From NCBI GenBank assembly GCA_038227875.1, contig JBBRPR010000086.1:1-31118 (forward strand): 31,118 nucleotides of DNA, given 5' to 3'. Below the pieces are notes generated by a model. That model made no database searches. It saw only the letters and a program-made list of their open reading frames with translations, and was not told the origin of the DNA. The translations under genes were made by a program, and so were the position numbers. Below, in pieces: positions 27,548 through 31,118 of this stretch; within the stretch, counting starts at the first letter, position 1; every line of letters begins with the position of its first letter. This DNA is from Planctomycetota bacterium (GTDB taxonomy: Bacteria; Planctomycetota; SZUA-567; H5-PLA8).

Positions 27548-27920
27548 AGGCGCGTCTCCAATGTGAGCCGCGAACTTAGACGCAGAGTCTTAACATTGGT
27601 TTCGAAGTATTTATTGTGCACTTGGTTACAGAAATCAGTTCAGTCCATGGGGATGGCGTTACGATAAAAATTAAGCGGAGAATTTCCACCTTCTTAGAAG
27701 AAATTTCCGAAGTAGGTCTTGAAAAAAAAGAGAAACCGGGCAACTTAGATGTCAGTCAACAAAAGCACGAGTGAATCAGGGGGATGACCGGGGTTAGGAT
27801 TTTCCTAATATTCGGTCCGCGCGGACTTCTGTTGCCTTTGTAAAGTGTTGCACTCTTTCATATTGTCGAGAGTGCAAGTTGTGGGGTAAAATGGGTGTGG
27901 GGGGCGGGGAAAACCAATTC

Positions 27921-28532
27921 ATGCGACACCTCACCTTATGTTTAGCCGGAACATTCCTCCTGATCGGTACCGCTGCGGCGCACGAGCCGGATACGATGCC
28001 CGATCCTGTGCTTCTCAAAAACGCTTCGGGCGATCGCGAAGCTGAGATTTCCAAGTCCGAACACGTGGCGATTTCCGTCAGCAGCGAAGTAACGCAGAAC
28101 GTGGCCGTCGATCCGGCGGCTCAGCCTGTCGCGCTGACGCTCGATGACCCGCTGGATCCTTCCGGCGTGGCGTACGACCTGACCATGTCGTGGATGAAGT
28201 CCGACGAGTGGCAGCAGAAGGTGGCGGCACTCAAAGCTAAATTTCAAGACTGGGAAAGCACCAACGGCGGCGACATCGGGCAGTACCTCAACGACCGGCT
28301 GGTCCTGGTCGCGATGGGCTGTGCCAATGGCCGAATCGATTCGATCAAGAATGGATTCGTGTGGCTGGCGTACTACAAGGAATTCAACCAGCAGGTACCA
28401 ACCGTTGTGGCCACAGTCATGCGCGATCACCACGCTTCACTGATGCGGCTGTTCAAAGACTTCACGTGGGAGAAAGCGTCGCAGTACGTGAAGAACAAGG
28501 AATGGCGCAAGGATATTGCAAAGAAGCAGTGA
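27921..28532 (+). CDS. Hypothetical exported protein
   Basis: Signal peptide MRHLTLCLAGTFLLIGTAAA, host-like codon usage, followed by a strong terminator. Confidence 0.75.
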   Translation: MRHLTLCLAGTFLLIGTAAAHEPDTMPDPVLLKNASGDREAEISKSEHVAISVSSEVTQNVAVDPAAQPVALTLDDPLDPSGVAYDLTMSWMKSDEWQQKVAALKAKFQDWESTNGGDIGQYLNDRLVLVAMGCANGRIDSIKNGFVWLAYYKEFNQQVPTVVATVMRDHHASLMRLFKDFTWEKASQYVKNKEWRKDIAKKQ

Positions 28533-28559
28533 CGACGAGATCCAAGATTGGGAACGACG

Positions 28560-28583
28560 AGCAGCCTTCGGGCTGCTTTTTTT
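28560..28583 (+). terminator. Intrinsic terminator
   Basis: AGCAGCC-TTCG-GGCTGCT followed by a T run; C(UUCG)G tetraloop. Confidence 0.9.
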
Positions 28584-28712
28584 ATCGCACGCAAAGCCGC
28601 TAAGACGCCAAGAACGGCAAAGAACAAACGGATCCAGAATCAGTTCTCATAAGCCAATGCCAGATTCCAAATCCGTTGCCGTACTTTGCGGCTTCGCGGC
28701 TTCCCGTGCGAT
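28584..28712. repeat. Imperfect 29-bp inverted repeat built from 8-9-nt (C)GC-N-AAG units
   Basis: ATCGCACGCAAAGCCGCTAAGACGCCAAG (28584..28612) versus the reverse complement of 28684..28712: 24/29 identical. Confidence 0.7.
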
Positions 28713-28841
28713 TCGAAACTCAGCACGCGACAAAAAATGATCACTCATCGTGGCGGCATGAGCAGAAGGAATAGCGCGTAACGGTTTTAATGCATGGCGT
28801 TCGGGGAACACCAGGGTCATCCCCGAAAAAAAGGAGCCAGC

Positions 28842-29582
28842 ATGAACGTAGCGACGGGCATTACGATTACCGAAGAACAGAAAAAACAGTACCGCGACGA
28901 AGGATTCTTTATTCTTGAACGGGTTGTTCCTGAGGACCAACTGGCGCTGGTGCGCGCCGAATGCGACGGTTTTGTCGAACGCCAGATACAGCAAACCCCT
29001 CCCGATCAATTCGATCGCAAGAACGAGCGTTACTTCATCGCCGAATGCTACAAGCAGCGCAATCAACTCGGCGAATTTGTCTTCGGCGACGTGATGGCCG
29101 AGATCTGCAAGGCGACGATCGGGCCGGACGCGTACCTCTTTTACGATCAGTTCGTGGTGAAAGGCGCGGAAGTCGGGATGAAATTCGGCTGGCATCAGGA
29201 TTCCGGCTACGTCGGCCACCCTCACCGCCCCTACCTGACCTGCTGGTGCCCGCTGGACGACGTCTGCGTTGCCAATGGCACGGTGTACGTGTTGCCCTAC
29301 TCCCGCGCCGGCACTCGCGAGGTCCAGCCGCATGTCTACAACGAAGAGACGAAGGATAAGATCGGCTACCACGGCGCGGATCCGGGCGATCCAGTGATTG
29401 TACCAGCCGGCAGCATCGCCGTTTTCTCGAGCACCACGTTTCACCGCAGCGGAGCCAACACGACCAGCAAGCGCCGCCGCGTCTACGTGGTTCAGTATTC
29501 GCCGGAAGTGATTCTCAACAAGGAAGGTACCGCGCCCTCGTCGCAAGCCGTGCCGTTCTTGAAAGACGGCAAGAAACAGTAG
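28842..29582 (+). CDS. Phytanoyl-CoA dioxygenase (PhyH) family Fe(II)/2OG enzyme
   Basis: QYRDEGFFIL, WHQDSGY, TCWCPLDD...NG and FHRSGAN...RR motifs. AAGGAG RBS. Confidence 0.92.
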   Translation: MNVATGITITEEQKKQYRDEGFFILERVVPEDQLALVRAECDGFVERQIQQTPPDQFDRKNERYFIAECYKQRNQLGEFVFGDVMAEICKATIGPDAYLFYDQFVVKGAEVGMKFGWHQDSGYVGHPHRPYLTCWCPLDDVCVANGTVYVLPYSRAGTREVQPHVYNEETKDKIGYHGADPGDPVIVPAGSIAVFSSTTFHRSGANTTSKRRRVYVVQYSPEVILNKEGTAPSSQAVPFLKDGKKQ

Positions 29583-29596
29583 TCAGCAGGCACTTA

Positions 29597-29643
29597 GCGG
29601 AAGGCGGCAATGAAAGGCGAGCCCTTTTGTTGCTGCCTTCCGC
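29597..29643 (+). terminator. Long stem-loop downstream of the second PhyH gene
   Basis: 21-bp stem (GCGGAAGGCGGCAATGAAAGG / CCTTTTGTTGCTGCCTTCCGC) whose three non-Watson-Crick pairs are G-U on the plus strand. No U-tract. Confidence 0.5.
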
Positions 29644-29756
29644 CGTCCACGAACCAGACATCGCGTTATCCATTTGCAATCCACAGCCGAGCAGAGTAAT
29701 TTGTCCCCGCCTTTGAACACGCTTCGTTGCTATTCGACGAAGTCCGCCATTCCCAT

Positions 29757-29832
29757 CGGGGCGTAGCTCAGCTTGGATTAGAGCGCTGCGTTCGGGACGC
29801 AGAGGTCGCAGGTTCAAATCCTGTCGCCCCGA
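29757..29832 (+). tRNA. tRNA-Pro (anticodon CGG), CCA not encoded
   Basis: Acceptor CGGGGCG/CGCCCCG-A, D arm GCTC/GAGC, anticodon arm CTGCG-TTCGGGA-CGCAG, T loop GGTTCAAATCC. Confidence 0.97.
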
Positions 29833-29924
29833 TATCCTATAGTTAACTACTTCATGCCGTTGCTCCCAGTTCGATCCAGCACCTATCAAGTACATGTGAA
29901 CCAACACTGATTTACGTACGGCAA

Positions 29925-30314
29925 CTACCGCGAATGAGTCTTGGTTCTTTCCGCTTCACGTATCACATCGGTGTTATCGATTACGTCGTCTCGTTCAGAG
30001 ATTAGAGCCGGCTTTTCGGAATGACGGCGGGTTGAACGACGAATTAGGAATTCACAAAGGAGCGCTGTTCCGCCGAGCGGCAATAAGTGCATCATCAGCA
30101 GGATCGCAGTTTGCAGGGGATTCCTGTAAAAAAGACCTATGACGCTAAAGTTCTTGGCTGCTCCCGGATTTTCTGCCAGAACTCTTTCAATATGCTTAAT
30201 GATTAAGGCATCCGCCAAGGCCAGGCCGGCGCCCACAAGCATCAGCACCACCGCCGTGCTCAAATGGATCCTGAACCACGGTGTCTTCTTCCCGGCCCCG
30301 TCCACATTCATCAT
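29925..30314 (-). CDS. Small two-TM membrane protein with N-terminal WFRIHLSTAVVLM motif
   Basis: Two hydrophobic helices followed by an Arg-rich stop-transfer segment. GAGG-like RBS upstream. Confidence 0.7.
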   Translation of the reverse strand: MMNVDGAGKKTPWFRIHLSTAVVLMLVGAGLALADALIIKHIERVLAENPGAAKNFSVIGLFYRNPLQTAILLMMHLLPLGGTALLCEFLIRRSTRRHSEKPALISERDDVIDNTDVIREAERTKTHSR

Positions 30315-30494
30315 GGTCTAAACGTACTTCATCCGTGGCCTTCTGAAAACTGAATACGACGGAGCGTGGCTCGGCAATGATTAAGGCGCGTGGATTCGCC
30401 AGGTTCAGCCATTGAATCAGTAGCACACCTCTCACATCCCTGTAAAGTCATACCTACACAACAAAAAATTGAGGCCCGTCGCGAAGGAATCTCC

Positions 30495-30978
30495 ATGTCT
30501 CATTCCAAACTCAATCCTCATCCCCGCCTTTACATTACCGCAGAACATCTTCATCGGCTTCACATGCCGGCCGCGAATTCGGCGCTGGAGGCGGCGGAAA
30601 AAATTGTGCGCGCGGATGCGCAGCGGTTGCTCGGAGAATTGAGCATTACGGTCAGTGAGGGCCAGCACAACTGGCACTTGCTCCGCGCTCGCGCCATGCA
30701 GCGCAACGTGCTGGCGCTGCTGACGGAATTCATACGCACGGGCGACGCGCGCTTTCGCGACGCGGTCCTGGCGTGCGTCAAACAGATGGCGGAATGGGAA
30801 TACTGGTCGTGGATTACCTGGCGCAAAGGGGACGCGCGGCCGGAAGCGATCTTCGATCTGTCGTATGGCGAGAATTCAACCACGTTGGCGGTCGCGTTTG
30901 ATCTTCTCGTTGAGACACTGAATGAGGCCGAACGCGATCTGTTCGTTCAGACGGCGCAACGCCGCGCATTCAAGCCGT
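30495..30978 (+). pseudogene. N-terminal part of a heparinase II/III-like (DUF4962 / alpha-toroid lyase-like) protein, cut by the terminal repeat
   Basis: AAGGA RBS plus ATG 30495, HPRLY motif, DLSYGE...LAVAFDLL...L...ER helix pattern. The reading frame runs into the repeat after RAFKP. Confidence 0.7.
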
Positions 30979-31118
30979 TGTCAGGGCTCTCACAGTATTG
31001 CATCGTAGACAGCAGTAATTCTCGCGCTAATCTGCGCCGATGCGGTCAGTAGGCCGCAGAAGATTTCGGACGGTTATAAAAACAGCAGGTCCCCGCAAAG
31101 CTCGAACTTTGCAGGGAC
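30979..31118 (+). mobile_element. Right copy of the terminal inverted repeat; probable transposon or transposable-phage end facing outward
   Basis: Starts TGTCAGGGCTCTCACAG after GCCGT. 30979..31116 is the exact reverse complement of 1..138. Ends in a 30-nt near-palindrome. Confidence 0.8.

Noticed and set aside
27848..27877. CIRCE (HrcA) element
   Set aside because: The GCACTC and GAGTGC half-sites are 14 nt apart rather than 9, and no chaperone gene follows.
29757..29832. tRNA-anchored genomic island
   Set aside because: No integrase and no duplicated tRNA 3' end seen in the window.
30993..31051. Three CAGTA pentamers in the element end as transposase-binding repeats
   Set aside because: Too short and irregularly spaced (offsets 15, 35, 69) to support without seeing the other end of the element.
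30979..31052. C-terminal extension of ORF 30390..31052 (SGLSQYCIV...)
   Set aside because: It is read-through into the terminal repeat, not part of the native protein.
1..31118. The whole window as a composite transposon, prophage or linear plasmid with its own terminal repeats
   Set aside because: The TG/CA termini face inward onto cut host genes. The interior has a tRNA and ordinary chromosomal genes and no mobility, replication or virion genes.

Overview
A 31.1-kb GC-rich bacterial chromosomal segment. Gene families and motifs suggest Planctomycetota or a related PVC lineage (inference only). The most unusual feature is that both ends carry the same 138-bp sequence in inverted orientation (1..138 is the exact reverse complement of 30979..31116). 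Read outward it begins 5'-TGTCAGGG and ends in a 30-nt hairpin. It cuts a protein-coding gene at each junction, and both junctions sit on an N-CGG-N pentamer, as expected for a Mu/TnsB-type transposon end. No transposase is encoded in the window. The interior holds ordinary host genes: a truncated and frameshifted PAS hybrid kinase, an MCP-cheW pair with a sigma54-type promoter, a ThiF + extended ECF sigma pair, an SDR, an FAD oxidoreductase, a LamG-like protein, a serine hydrolase, a CHASE3 kinase-receiver-hybrid kinase operon, a large propeller/Ig-repeat/PKD surface protein, a GntR regulator, two PhyH-family dioxygenases, a VIT-vWA-TPR-DUF2135 protein, tRNA-Pro(CGG) and a truncated heparinase-like gene. 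Smaller oddities include a promoter-bearing mini-copy of the MCP C-terminal tail, paired non-heptad insertions in the MCP, a GTAG REP doublet that supplies a stop codon, and several operator-like repeats. All calls are from reading the sequence; no searches were run.
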